Shown here piece after piece: positions 15,468 to 24,018 of a stretch of DNA of 50,781 nucleotides. Both the position numbers and the translations under genes were made by a program. How positions within the stretch are numbered: position 1 is the stretch's first letter; each line of letters starts with the position of its first letter. This stretch comes from a virus. The notes beneath the pieces were generated by a model. The model had not been told where the DNA came from. It was given only the letters and a program-made list of their open reading frames with translations, and searched no databases. The stretch is taken from positions 1 to 50,781 of the IMG/VR virus record IMGVR_UViG_3300045988_030121; one strand, 5' to 3'.

Positions 15468-15980
15468 TTATTCGGTTTGCGGCTTGTCCTTGTCCAAGAG
15501 GATGTCGGAAAGGGGGACATCAAGATGCCTTTCGGCCTTGTTTACCATAATGCGCTGCAAGGCTTTGGCAATCTTGTTGTCATTCTCGCTCGACCAATTT
15601 TCAAGGCAAGACCATGTTTCGTAAAAAAGGAAAACACCCACAACAAAACGCACGGCAAATCCATCATCACCCTTTATCACAAGTTCATCAACATACGATG
15701 CAAGCATGATGCACATGAAGATGATTATCATGGTGTATATGATTTGAAACTTGTGGACTGACTTGAATTTCCCATCCGATTGATTAGGGTATTTCCGGTG
15801 AACACGCCGCCCAAGACTGTAAGCCGTAATCACATCAAGCAAGATGGCGATGAAGCACGGCACAAGAAAGACGATGCTTGTCTCAAATGCCAAGAGCAAC
15901 CCGCCGGCGATGCTTGAAAGGTATTGGACAATCTTTGAACGGAATGTCATACCAAAATCATTCAATGGTATAGGTATCAT
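15468..15980 (-). CDS. Holin (Phage_holin_4_1-like multi-TM protein)
   Basis: Three or four hydrophobic helices. FYETWSCLENW resembles the E..SI.EN block of this holin family. Directly upstream of the amidase. Confidence 0.7.
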   Translation of the reverse strand: MIPIPLNDFGMTFRSKIVQYLSSIAGGLLLAFETSIVFLVPCFIAILLDVITAYSLGRRVHRKYPNQSDGKFKSVHKFQIIYTMIIIFMCIMLASYVDELVIKGDDGFAVRFVVGVFLFYETWSCLENWSSENDNKIAKALQRIMVNKAERHLDVPLSDILLDKDKPQTE

Positions 15981-15986
15981 CGCTTT

Positions 15987-16358
15987 TTAGGTAAATTGAA
16001 AACACTTTCCGACCTTGACGATTGTAGTGTCCAATGGATAAATGCTGATGCCCTTTGATTCCGCTTCTTGGATGGCCGCAATCAAGTTGTCTGACCCGGT
16101 GAAACATGACCGCCTTTCGCCACATGGCGTTCCATCCGCATTCTTCTTGTAGAAATCCCCGTTTGCATCCGGTTCATCCTCAAATGAAGCAAGAACCACT
16201 TGCATCTGCATCCTCAATCCCGATGTGTTCTTACCCGGAAAATTTGACGGCTTTATGAGGGTCTTTTCAATGAGAATCCTTTTTCCAAAGAGTTCATCCA
16301 TGTCAATACCCTTGCCGATGATTACATCGGAAGTGATGCCAAGTTCACTAAATCGCAT
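15987..16358 (-). CDS. Hypothetical protein
   Basis: 123-aa ORF with an ATG start, between the RT and the holin. Confidence 0.55.
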   Translation of the reverse strand: MRFSELGITSDVIIGKGIDMDELFGKRILIEKTLIKPSNFPGKNTSGLRMQMQVVLASFEDEPDANGDFYKKNADGTPCGERRSCFTGSDNLIAAIQEAESKGISIYPLDTTIVKVGKCFQFT

Positions 16359-16372
16359 AGGCCGTCCATGTT

Positions 16373-16756
16373 TTAGTTCAACATTTCAATGATGGCCGCA
16401 TCCACATCCTCGGTGAATGCCAAAAATTCCTTGTATGCTTCCACGGCGGCATCATCCTGACGGATGGCCAAGATGTGCTTGTTGTAGGAGTTCACAAGGT
16501 CAAATTCGGCCGATTCATCAATGACGGAACGGATGAATGCCCGCTTGATATTCGCCTTTGTGGGGGCATCCCAAATGCGGATTTCCCGGCAATTGTACCC
16601 CACCAATTCGGCTTTCTTCTTGCCCTCCGGCACTTCCGTTTCCTCGGTGATGTTGAAACGGACGATGGTTGAACCGTCATTGTCTCTTTCGATGGCAAGC
16701 GGTCGGCCATTCACCACATCATAATGGGCGTTTGGCTCTAACGAATTTAATCTCAT
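16373..16756 (-). CDS. Hypothetical acidic protein immediately downstream of the DGR RT
   Basis: 127-aa ORF. Its ATG at 16756 overlaps the RT 3' end by 38 nt. Confidence 0.5.
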   Translation of the reverse strand: MRLNSLEPNAHYDVVNGRPLAIERDNDGSTIVRFNITEETEVPEGKKKAELVGYNCREIRIWDAPTKANIKRAFIRSVIDESAEFDLVNSYNKHILAIRQDDAAVEAYKEFLAFTEDVDAAIIEMLN

Positions 16757-17750
16757 AAGGAAATGATTTAGAAAGTTTATTCAAAAGATTGATTGAGTTG
16801 CAGTATTTGCACCAACCCCACCACGAACATATTTGCTGCTTGTATTTCTCCATTGTAGGCACAATCTTTCTCTTGTTGAGAATCGCCACCCGGCGGCAAA
16901 GTGCCTGTTTGATGGACTTGCGCAACCTTGTATGAGTGTGACGGAACACATAACCAACGAAGTCAATTCCACGCGCATCAACCGGGAACACCTGATAATT
17001 CTTCTTGACTTTCAATTTCAGATTGTCACGAAGATAGGCGCGGATGTCATGCATGAGTGAATGCAAGAAATCCTTGTCATCGGATAGAATCACGATGTCA
17101 TCGGCATACCGGGAATAATGCTTGACACCTTTCCTTTCTTTCAACCAATGGTCGAAATATGCCAAATACAAATTGGCAAAATATTGGGAAAGGTAGTTGC
17201 CGATGGGGACACCCGCCGGCACGGAATCAATGATTTCATCAAGCAATGCCAAAAGCCTTTCATCTTTCAGCTTCCGGCGCACGATGCCTTTCAGGATGTC
17301 ATGGTCAATGGATGGATAGAACTTGCGGATGTCCATCTTCAAGCAATAGACCGTTCCTTTCGGGTCGGTTTTCAAGGCATGGCGCACCGCCCTTGCACAA
17401 GCATGGATTCCCCGGTTCTTGATGCAAGAATAGGTGTTGCCGTTGAAAATTCCCACCCAAATCGGCTCCATCACATTCATGATGGCATGATGCAAGATTC
17501 TGTCAGGATAGTAAGGCAAACGGAAAATCTGCCTTTCTTTCGGCTCAAAGATTGTGAAGATATGATATTTTGAAGTGTGAAATGTACCGTTCACCAATTC
17601 CTCATGCAAATGCATCAGGTTCGCATCCCGGTTCTTGTCATGGACACGGACACCATAAGACTTCAACTTGCCCTTGCGGGCTTTGTCATCCGCAAGGCGC
17701 AAATTTTCAAGGCTTATGACCTTATCAAAAAGGTTTGCAATTCGCTTCAT
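16719..17750 (-). CDS. DGR-type reverse transcriptase
   Basis: 343 aa. RT motifs include YPSIDH, the DGR hallmark PIGNYLSQYFANLYL, and the catalytic YADD. Sits immediately 3' of the TR. Confidence 0.93.
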   Translation of the reverse strand: MKRIANLFDKVISLENLRLADDKARKGKLKSYGVRVHDKNRDANLMHLHEELVNGTFHTSKYHIFTIFEPKERQIFRLPYYPDRILHHAIMNVMEPIWVGIFNGNTYSCIKNRGIHACARAVRHALKTDPKGTVYCLKMDIRKFYPSIDHDILKGIVRRKLKDERLLALLDEIIDSVPAGVPIGNYLSQYFANLYLAYFDHWLKERKGVKHYSRYADDIVILSDDKDFLHSLMHDIRAYLRDNLKLKVKKNYQVFPVDARGIDFVGYVFRHTHTRLRKSIKQALCRRVAILNKRKIVPTMEKYKQQICSWWGWCKYCNSINLLNKLSKSFPYEIKFVRAKRPL

Positions 17751-17902
17751 TGGTTTGCTTGAATAATAGGCTTCTTCATGGCCTTATGGCATTACCAAAG
17801 CCGTTTTTCGGTATGTAATCTTTTGCCGTTGATTGCTCAACTCATTCAACCCCCGATGGGCCGTTTTTGTGGCAAGGTTTCCGGTATGCAATAAATTTTA
17901 CA

Positions 17903-18016
17903 AGCATAGCTGAGAACCGATATTCGCATTCGTATTCGAAGCCGTGTTATTCGTATTCGCATACACGAAGCCCGCATTCGCACCATTATTCGCATTACCG
18001 CTGAACAACACGCCGC
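17903..18016 (-). repeat. DGR template repeat (TR), 114 bp
   Basis: Non-coding. In the VR frame it reads GVLFSGNANNGANAGFVYANTNNTASNTNANIGSQLC, which is rich in AAY codons. Homologous to VR1 (offset +214) and to VR2. Confidence 0.9.
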
Positions 18017-18090
18017 CGACACCGGACAACCCTTTCTTTTTCATTTCACACCCAAAATGTCACATTTCGATTTGTGCGCTTCGCGCCGAT

Positions 18091-19407
18091 TTATGCGGCC
18101 GCCCGATTTGCGGAATAGCAAAGCCGAGAACCGAAATACGCACCCGTATACGAAGCCGCGCGAGACGTATTCGCAGACACGAAGCCCGCAGACCCACCAT
18201 AATACGCAGCACCGCCGAACAACACGCCGCGTTCACTTACTCCACTATCGGGAATAGATGTGTAGAAGTAATCGCAGAAATATGTGGTTGAACCGCCACC
18301 AACGGCCGATGGCATGATTTCGCCATGTTCTCCCAAGCATATTGCCTTTACATATCCATCATTCCTCGGAAGTTCACCGCGCAACTCATAGTTTACGATT
18401 CCTGAACTTGTGAAGCTGGAAACATCATCGCAAACATAGAAAAGCGACTTGCCACCATCAGCTTCCGACTGAATCAGGCACTTGCAACCATCCGTCCACT
18501 TCCAAATGTGTCCGAAAGGATTTTCCACGCCACGATAAGACGGCACATGCTCAACGGTGGTTGTGGAATCATATTCGGTCGGCATGGTGTAATCCACGAT
18601 GCCCGTGTGATTGCCAAGAGAGTTCGTGACACCGCAAGGCACAACGGGATGATAACCATTAAATGCATTCCACTTGGAAGAATTGAGGTTCGTGACACCA
18701 TTGCCCAAACCGCCCTGACGATGGCCATTCGCATCAAGTTCGGCATTGAACTCCTTTTGCGAATTGAATGTGGCGTATTCCACGGCAAAGAGCCACCACA
18801 GCTTGCGATGGATGTGGTAGGTGTTGCAATTCCAATTCACGGAGCCGCGATTGCGGGCATAGGCCCTGAAATTGGTAAGCGATATTTCCGTTGCCGGCAT
18901 CCCAAGCATTGAACGGTAAGTGCCATCCCATGCCGAATTGTTGCCACCTCCACGATAATCCGCATCGGTGTTCACCACGGCCGCAAGTTTGTTCGTGCTT
19001 CTCTGCACGGTCGCTTCCACGGCCGAAACGAAGTCCCTGCCCCAAAGGGTGAATCCCGGAAGCGGGTATTCGGACATCAGGCAACGCGATTTGTCACCAT
19101 CGGTTTCAAAGCGGACATACATGTCCGGCAAATCAACCATGTACTGACCATCGGAGCCGTCAAGATTGGCGGCCGCGCCATTGTCCCGTTTCGTGGAATC
19201 ATTGGCATGAAGATAGTAATTGACCGTGCCGTCATCTTTGAGGATGCACCGGCGCATCAGGCTTTGAAGCGGGAGAGACTGATGCAATTCATCCTTGCCG
19301 ATTCGTGTCGGGTTCGGATTGGAGACGGTCGCATCCCACTCAATGCCATAATAGTAATCGTATGCGAATTTCGGCTTCGTATCACCGATTCCAATGACAA
19401 GTCCCAT
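18091..19407 (-). CDS. DGR target 1: tail receptor-binding protein with a variable C-terminal (C-type-lectin/FGE-like) domain
   Basis: 438 aa, located at the distal end of the tail module. The C-terminus GVLFGGAAYYGGSAGFVSANTSRAASYTGAYFGSRLCYSANRAAA is encoded by VR1. Confidence 0.88.
   Translation of the reverse strand: MGLVIGIGDTKPKFAYDYYYGIEWDATVSNPNPTRIGKDELHQSLPLQSLMRRCILKDDGTVNYYLHANDSTKRDNGAAANLDGSDGQYMVDLPDMYVRFETDGDKSRCLMSEYPLPGFTLWGRDFVSAVEATVQRSTNKLAAVVNTDADYRGGGNNSAWDGTYRSMLGMPATEISLTNFRAYARNRGSVNWNCNTYHIHRKLWWLFAVEYATFNSQKEFNAELDANGHRQGGLGNGVTNLNSSKWNAFNGYHPVVPCGVTNSLGNHTGIVDYTMPTEYDSTTTVEHVPSYRGVENPFGHIWKWTDGCKCLIQSEADGGKSLFYVCDDVSSFTSSGIVNYELRGELPRNDGYVKAICLGEHGEIMPSAVGGGSTTYFCDYFYTSIPDSGVSERGVLFGGAAYYGGSAGFVSANTSRAASYTGAYFGSRLCYSANRAAA
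18117..18230 (-). repeat. DGR variable repeat 1 (VR1)
   Basis: Ungapped 114-bp alignment to TR with 21 mismatches. 20 are at TR adenines (20 of 28 adenines changed). 1 is a C->G change at 17980/18194. Confidence 0.9.
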
Positions 19408-19408
19408 A

Positions 19409-19678
19409 TTAGTACCCCCATTTTAAGTTTAACGATGTCAGTGAAGTCGCTTTCACCGCCTTAACGATTTCCGGATTCCATCCTGGTTCAATGCGTGTCT
19501 TGATGAAATCCTCATTCCCGGCAAGCTGAATTTCAAGTTCAACGGCCGAAATGCCGTCATTCTTGATGTTGAAGCACTGACCGTCCGCAAGTGAGAAATT
19601 CCCATCTGCAAGCCCGGTGATTGCCCCCATCTTGCCAATTTGGGCGCTGACACCCTCGCCCGACCTTGTTATTCCCAT
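19409..19678 (-). CDS. Hypothetical protein, first gene of the DGR/lysis transcription unit
   Basis: ATG at 19678 (MGITRSGEG...). The track start at 19711 is a TTG lying inside the predicted -7 box. Confidence 0.5.
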   Translation of the reverse strand: MGITRSGEGVSAQIGKMGAITGLADGNFSLADGQCFNIKNDGISAVELEIQLAGNEDFIKTRIEPGWNPEIVKAVKATSLTSLNLKWGY

Positions 19679-19698
19679 ATTCTTTTCGAATTTTGGTT

Positions 19699-19706
19699 CA
19701 AAATTA
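19699..19706 (-). promoter_or_regulatory. -7 box TAATTTTG (minus strand)
   Basis: Matches TAnnTTTG. It is 8 nt downstream of palindrome b and 20 nt upstream of the ATG at 19678. Confidence 0.5.
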
Positions 19707-19714
19707 AACAATTT

Positions 19715-19729
19715 GTGTTATAGTAACGC
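19715..19729. promoter_or_regulatory. 15-bp palindrome family, copy b (GTGTTATAGTAACGC)
   Basis: 14/15 match to the consensus. Intergenic, upstream of the DGR operon. Confidence 0.6.
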
Positions 19730-19806
19730 ACAAAAGTCAATAAGTTTGGAATAACTTTTCACCCGGCATCATTCCAAACTTGCCCGGATTTGGCCATTGT
19801 GCGCCA

Positions 19807-20025
19807 TTACAAGGCTTCAATTGTCCATGTCTGTACAATTTTGCCATTGATTGTTTCGATGCGCTCCACGGCCATTTCACCATCATTCGCTTGTGGTTGT
19901 TCGCCCGCCACGAAATCAAGATAACCAGCCGCACGAAGTTCTGTGATTTTCCGACCATTGCGGAAATCGACATTTTGAATGTCCATCAAACCCGAATCCG
20001 GGTCAAGAATCTTTGCAAGTAACAT
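19807..20025 (-). CDS. Hypothetical small protein after the tail-tip gene
   Basis: 72-aa ORF. Its ATG is 3 nt after the stop of the 1329-aa gene. Confidence 0.45.
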   Translation of the reverse strand: MLLAKILDPDSGLMDIQNVDFRNGRKITELRAAGYLDFVAGEQPQANDGEMAVERIETINGKIVQTWTIEAL

Positions 20026-20028
20026 ACA

Positions 20029-23000
20029 TCAATAGTTCCAATTTTGTGAAACAACATACCAATTGCCCATGTAGTATTGCAATTCAATCGTGTCTTGCTT
20101 GTTAAGGTCAATTTTGCTTGCCGTGCTTCTAGACCTGTATATGCTCCCAACGGCCGTGTTGTCAGATGATGACCGGCGCGGTGGCAAAAGAGCAATCTTA
20201 TTTGAAGCTGATGCGCTGACAATGATTCGGATTCGGAATGTGACAACCCGGCTTGACAATGCATTGTTCACCAAAGTGGCCGATGGCAAATACATTGACA
20301 TGTATGATGATGCAATGCCGGTGAACATGAATGTGTGGGTGATTTTGAATTGTTCTTCCAATGTATCCGTGTACGCCATCCCGATGAATCCAATATCATA
20401 TTCGCTCTTTTTGCCGATTGCAAGTTCATTCCCCAAGCGCTCAAACGCCAATGGCCGATACCACAAATCCATATTGTTTGCAAGAGCCGTGTTCGAAAGC
20501 AAGTATTTGGCAAGAAGCGCAATTCCACCATCGCCATAATCTGTTTCATTGACCATTTCAAAGCGCCCCGCGCCTTTCACGCCCGTTGAAGCCGGTATGG
20601 TGTTGCCAACACCCGCATACACCTTTGTGTCCATGCTTAAATCACGGATGTAGATGGCATCATTATAAATTGACAAGCCGGCATAAGCATCACCGGTGTT
20701 ATTGACACCGATGCGGCCATTGCCAATTTCAAAGCCCCCTATCGTGCCGGATGATGCATTGATTTTCCCCGTCACTTCCGCATTTGTCATTATGACCTTA
20801 CCATCCTGCCGGACACGAAAAGGAGCCGTTGCCCTGTTCTCAAATGATGCGCCCGCCCAAAAGCGGATGGATGATGCGGCCGTCCCTTGTCCCGTCATGC
20901 CCGCAAGGATGGATGCGTTGCTGCCGGCAACTTGGATGGTTCCCGATGTCACAAGCCCGCCATCAATCACCGTCTTTGTGTTGTCATAGGTGACGGCCAA
21001 AACCCAATCATTGACTTGATAAGAGCCGCTTGCCCTTGCGGTCGCACACCGGCGCAAATCCGTTCCATTGACCCACAAATCCCCGATGTCATAAGGGGGA
21101 TAAGGCGTTGTCACGAACACGCGCCGCTTGCCATCGGCCGTGTCTTGTGCCGTGGCCGCATTATTGTATGCATCAATGGCCTTTTGGTCATGGATGTCCA
21201 CCCATGCATAAGAAGATGAATACCGTTTCAGGGTGTTCGTGCTTGAATTGAACCACATGTCACCGACATGCTTTGCCTTGATTGCGGCAGTTGTCCAAGC
21301 CGTTGCCGGGTCGGATGTCTGAAACCACGATTCAATCTTGCCGTCAATCTGATTGACAAGGTTTTCGATGTCATTCGCATAAGTTCCATTGACAAAGTCA
21401 TTGAAAGCGGAATTGTCCGTGTATTTTGAAGCCTTTTCCCAATCGGATGCGGTATAATTGCCCGATGCCCTTGCGGTCTTGCACCTCATAATGTCACCGG
21501 ATGCGCCCTGAACCCACAAATCGCCCACATCATAAGGCGTGTAAGGGGTGGATGTGAAGATTCGGCGCTTTGTGCCGGCAAGTGCAAGTGCATCATTTGC
21601 GATTGCAAGCGCTTGCGCCACCTCGGAATCCTGCAATTCCTGCCACTTGTACACGCTATTTTCCTTGACCCATCGGAACACCTTGCCTGTGTTGGTGTTG
21701 TAGAACAAATCCCCCAAGTGGTTTTCCTTGTCGGTGGTTGTTGTCCATGAGGATGCCGGCAAATTGGCCGTTGTGGGGTCATAAGTGTCAAAGAATTGCT
21801 CAATCTGACCATCCAATTGGGCTTGAATCTCACTCAAAATGCCCGGCAATGTGTTGTTGATGTAATTCTTTGTTTCAAGGGATTCCGCCCCAAGCTGTTC
21901 AAGGGTCTTTTCCTGACCATTGGAAGAAAAGACGATGCGGCCGCCAATTTCCCCATTGTCCAAGTCAAAGTAAGTGTCCCCATCCGCGGATTGGATGCGG
22001 CCGGTCTTGATGAAGCGGCCATTGACCATTGTGAAACCGTAAGTCAATGAAAGGGAGCGCACACCCAAATCGGGGTCAATGGATGACGCCGTGCCAATCA
22101 GGAAGTGCCAATAATTCGCATCATCTTCGACCTTGATTTGCTCGGTTGAGAAAAGGAATGTTCCACCCGTTGCCCCGTCCGCTTTCGGGCATTTGGCATA
22201 AAGGTAATATGGCACATTCTGACTGAATGTGACCGAACCATCAGCCATTGCCCACGACCTGATACCATCTTCGATGATGGTGTAATGGGTCAGAACACCG
22301 CCCTGCCACCTCATTGAATTGGCATTGCCGTTGTAATTCGGTTGAAAGACGGTATTTGTCAGGCCGAATTGCATTGATTTCGCACCCACGGACAACAATT
22401 GCGTGTCAATGGAAAGGGGCTTGATTTTCTCCGTGTAATAATCACCCTCCGCATCGAACACCATGTCAAGCAATTCCCGGCTTGTGCGCCAATTCGCCCT
22501 TGCTCTTATGGGGTCTTTCAAATTGTTGATAGTGAGAATGTTATCAATATCAATCAATTCGGAAATCACACGATTGGTGATATTGGTTGTCACCGTGTCG
22601 GAAATGGTCAGCTTGTAATCATATTCATCAAGAAGATTTCTTGTGAATGACTTGATACGCACTGACTTATCCACACCGATGTCATCATCCTTGATTGGAA
22701 GATAATCACCAGGAGTGAACACATTGACAATCGCGCCACCCGTTCCCACCAGCTTTTCAAGGTATTCTTTGGTTACTGAAAGGCTGTATTTGACTTTCGG
22801 TTGGCTGTTTTGGTTGTAGTAAGTTTGCGCGGTTTCCTGCAACTTGTTTTCGGCCGCGGTTATGAGCGCATCGGGCAAGGCGATTTGAAGTATCTTGTAT
22901 TCATCCCCGGCCGCGAATTGGAATGCCGTGCTTGTCTCGCTTGGGAATACCGCGCCACGGGCATCCGTGTATTTCTTCAACTTGAACTTGTGCGTTGCAT

Positions 23001-24018
23001 GGTCATAATTCGCAATCTCAAATTCATAGCCGGCAAGATTACCCGAATTGAAGTGAATGACCGCAGCCACCCCCGGAAGCAAATAGATGGTTTGGCCCTG
23101 TCCGTCCTTTGCATTGAGGTCGAAAGTGACGGATGTGTCCACAAATTCAAGGATGGAAGAAACCGTTTCGACATGCCCCGTGAATGTCGGCTTGATGTCA
23201 AATATCTTGGCCGCTTCATACACCCCATATTTGGCTATTGCGGCCGCATCTTCAATGTAAGATTCCCCCTTTGACTTGCCCGGAAGCAAGAGACGGTTTG
23301 ACCTGTATTTGTTGGTGATGTTCTCGGTCGAACCCCGCACTTTGAGCCGGGTGACAATGTTCGATGCCGACACATTTTCCCGTGTCAGGGAATAAAGCCC
23401 CTTGCCCTTGCCGTACTTGAATGTGTAAGGCAAGATTTGCCCCACTTGCTTGATGTTGATTGTGAAAGTACCATTTGAATGGACAATCTCAAATTGGACA
23501 TCATGTTTGTTGCAAAGGTTCTGTAAGACGGAAAGGCAATTGTCCGATTCCCCGAATGTCATGGTTTCAACATCCGTTTCGGGACATGTGCCAAGAGACC
23601 AAACGCCCGGAAATACCCTGTTAGCATTCGCAATCAAGATGCGCATGAAGTCACGAAGATTCCCCGTGTACGAATCACCGGAAACATCCTGCAAAGTGTT
23701 GTTCGTGGTGTTGATGGTAAGGTCATAGGTGACACGGAGCAAATCATATTGCATCCCCTCAAACTCCAAGTCATATTCAAACTCATGCATTCCCGTTTTC
23801 TTCGCTTTCGGCAAGCGGTTCAACTTGTAGATGCGTCCGAACACCTCAATCTTGTCACCAATCTCATAGGTCTGCGGGAATGGTGACACCACCGTGATGT
23901 CCACGGTTTCTTCACCCGACAAAGACCAATTCTGCTTTGCGGATTTGATGCCGGTTGCCGTGCGCCGGTTGGCAATCGGCACACGGTTCCCGTTCCTGAT
24001 AATTATAACTTGCTCCAT
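20029..24018 (-). CDS. Tail tip / host-specificity (Tal-like) protein with an internal tandem repeat
   Basis: 1329 aa, positioned after Dit. Two modules of about 125 aa share the blocks DG.IE.(F/W)F.T.DP, H(L/V)GD(L/M)(F/W)(Y/F)N, GKRR(I/V)F..TPY.PYD(V/I)GDLWV.G and C.TARASG.Y...DW. Confidence 0.8.
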   Translation of the reverse strand: MEQVIIIRNGNRVPIANRRTATGIKSAKQNWSLSGEETVDITVVSPFPQTYEIGDKIEVFGRIYKLNRLPKAKKTGMHEFEYDLEFEGMQYDLLRVTYDLTINTTNNTLQDVSGDSYTGNLRDFMRILIANANRVFPGVWSLGTCPETDVETMTFGESDNCLSVLQNLCNKHDVQFEIVHSNGTFTINIKQVGQILPYTFKYGKGKGLYSLTRENVSASNIVTRLKVRGSTENITNKYRSNRLLLPGKSKGESYIEDAAAIAKYGVYEAAKIFDIKPTFTGHVETVSSILEFVDTSVTFDLNAKDGQGQTIYLLPGVAAVIHFNSGNLAGYEFEIANYDHATHKFKLKKYTDARGAVFPSETSTAFQFAAGDEYKILQIALPDALITAAENKLQETAQTYYNQNSQPKVKYSLSVTKEYLEKLVGTGGAIVNVFTPGDYLPIKDDDIGVDKSVRIKSFTRNLLDEYDYKLTISDTVTTNITNRVISELIDIDNILTINNLKDPIRARANWRTSRELLDMVFDAEGDYYTEKIKPLSIDTQLLSVGAKSMQFGLTNTVFQPNYNGNANSMRWQGGVLTHYTIIEDGIRSWAMADGSVTFSQNVPYYLYAKCPKADGATGGTFLFSTEQIKVEDDANYWHFLIGTASSIDPDLGVRSLSLTYGFTMVNGRFIKTGRIQSADGDTYFDLDNGEIGGRIVFSSNGQEKTLEQLGAESLETKNYINNTLPGILSEIQAQLDGQIEQFFDTYDPTTANLPASSWTTTTDKENHLGDLFYNTNTGKVFRWVKENSVYKWQELQDSEVAQALAIANDALALAGTKRRIFTSTPYTPYDVGDLWVQGASGDIMRCKTARASGNYTASDWEKASKYTDNSAFNDFVNGTYANDIENLVNQIDGKIESWFQTSDPATAWTTAAIKAKHVGDMWFNSSTNTLKRYSSSYAWVDIHDQKAIDAYNNAATAQDTADGKRRVFVTTPYPPYDIGDLWVNGTDLRRCATARASGSYQVNDWVLAVTYDNTKTVIDGGLVTSGTIQVAGSNASILAGMTGQGTAASSIRFWAGASFENRATAPFRVRQDGKVIMTNAEVTGKINASSGTIGGFEIGNGRIGVNNTGDAYAGLSIYNDAIYIRDLSMDTKVYAGVGNTIPASTGVKGAGRFEMVNETDYGDGGIALLAKYLLSNTALANNMDLWYRPLAFERLGNELAIGKKSEYDIGFIGMAYTDTLEEQFKITHTFMFTGIASSYMSMYLPSATLVNNALSSRVVTFRIRIIVSASASNKIALLPPRRSSSDNTAVGSIYRSRSTASKIDLNKQDTIELQYYMGNWYVVSQNWNY

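Larger units (their letters stand above)
16719..19407 (-). mobile_element. Diversity-generating retroelement cassette (target gene with VR1 - TR - RT)
   Basis: See the RT, TR, VR1 and target features. The order and orientation are canonical for a DGR. Confidence 0.9.

Noticed and set aside
18061-18116. GCGGCCGC and the GCGC-GAA-GCGC hairpin after VR1 as a defined IMH/cruciform element
   Set aside because: The stems are only 3-4 bp, and I cannot define an IMH by comparison with one other VR. It is noted only as a weak candidate in the DGR finding.
17944-18291. 115-aa plus-strand ORF covering TR and VR1
   Set aside because: It starts with GTG and has an Arg/Pro-rich nonsense-like sequence. 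The region is explained by the non-coding TR and the 3' end of the minus-strand target gene.
19780-20022. 80-aa plus-strand ORF downstream of a plus-strand TAAGTTTG box
   Set aside because: The Cys/His/Phe-rich sequence looks like an antisense artefact. The minus-strand 72-aa ORF is better placed, 3 nt after the tail-tip gene stop codon. An antisense RNA cannot be excluded and is mentioned in the findings.
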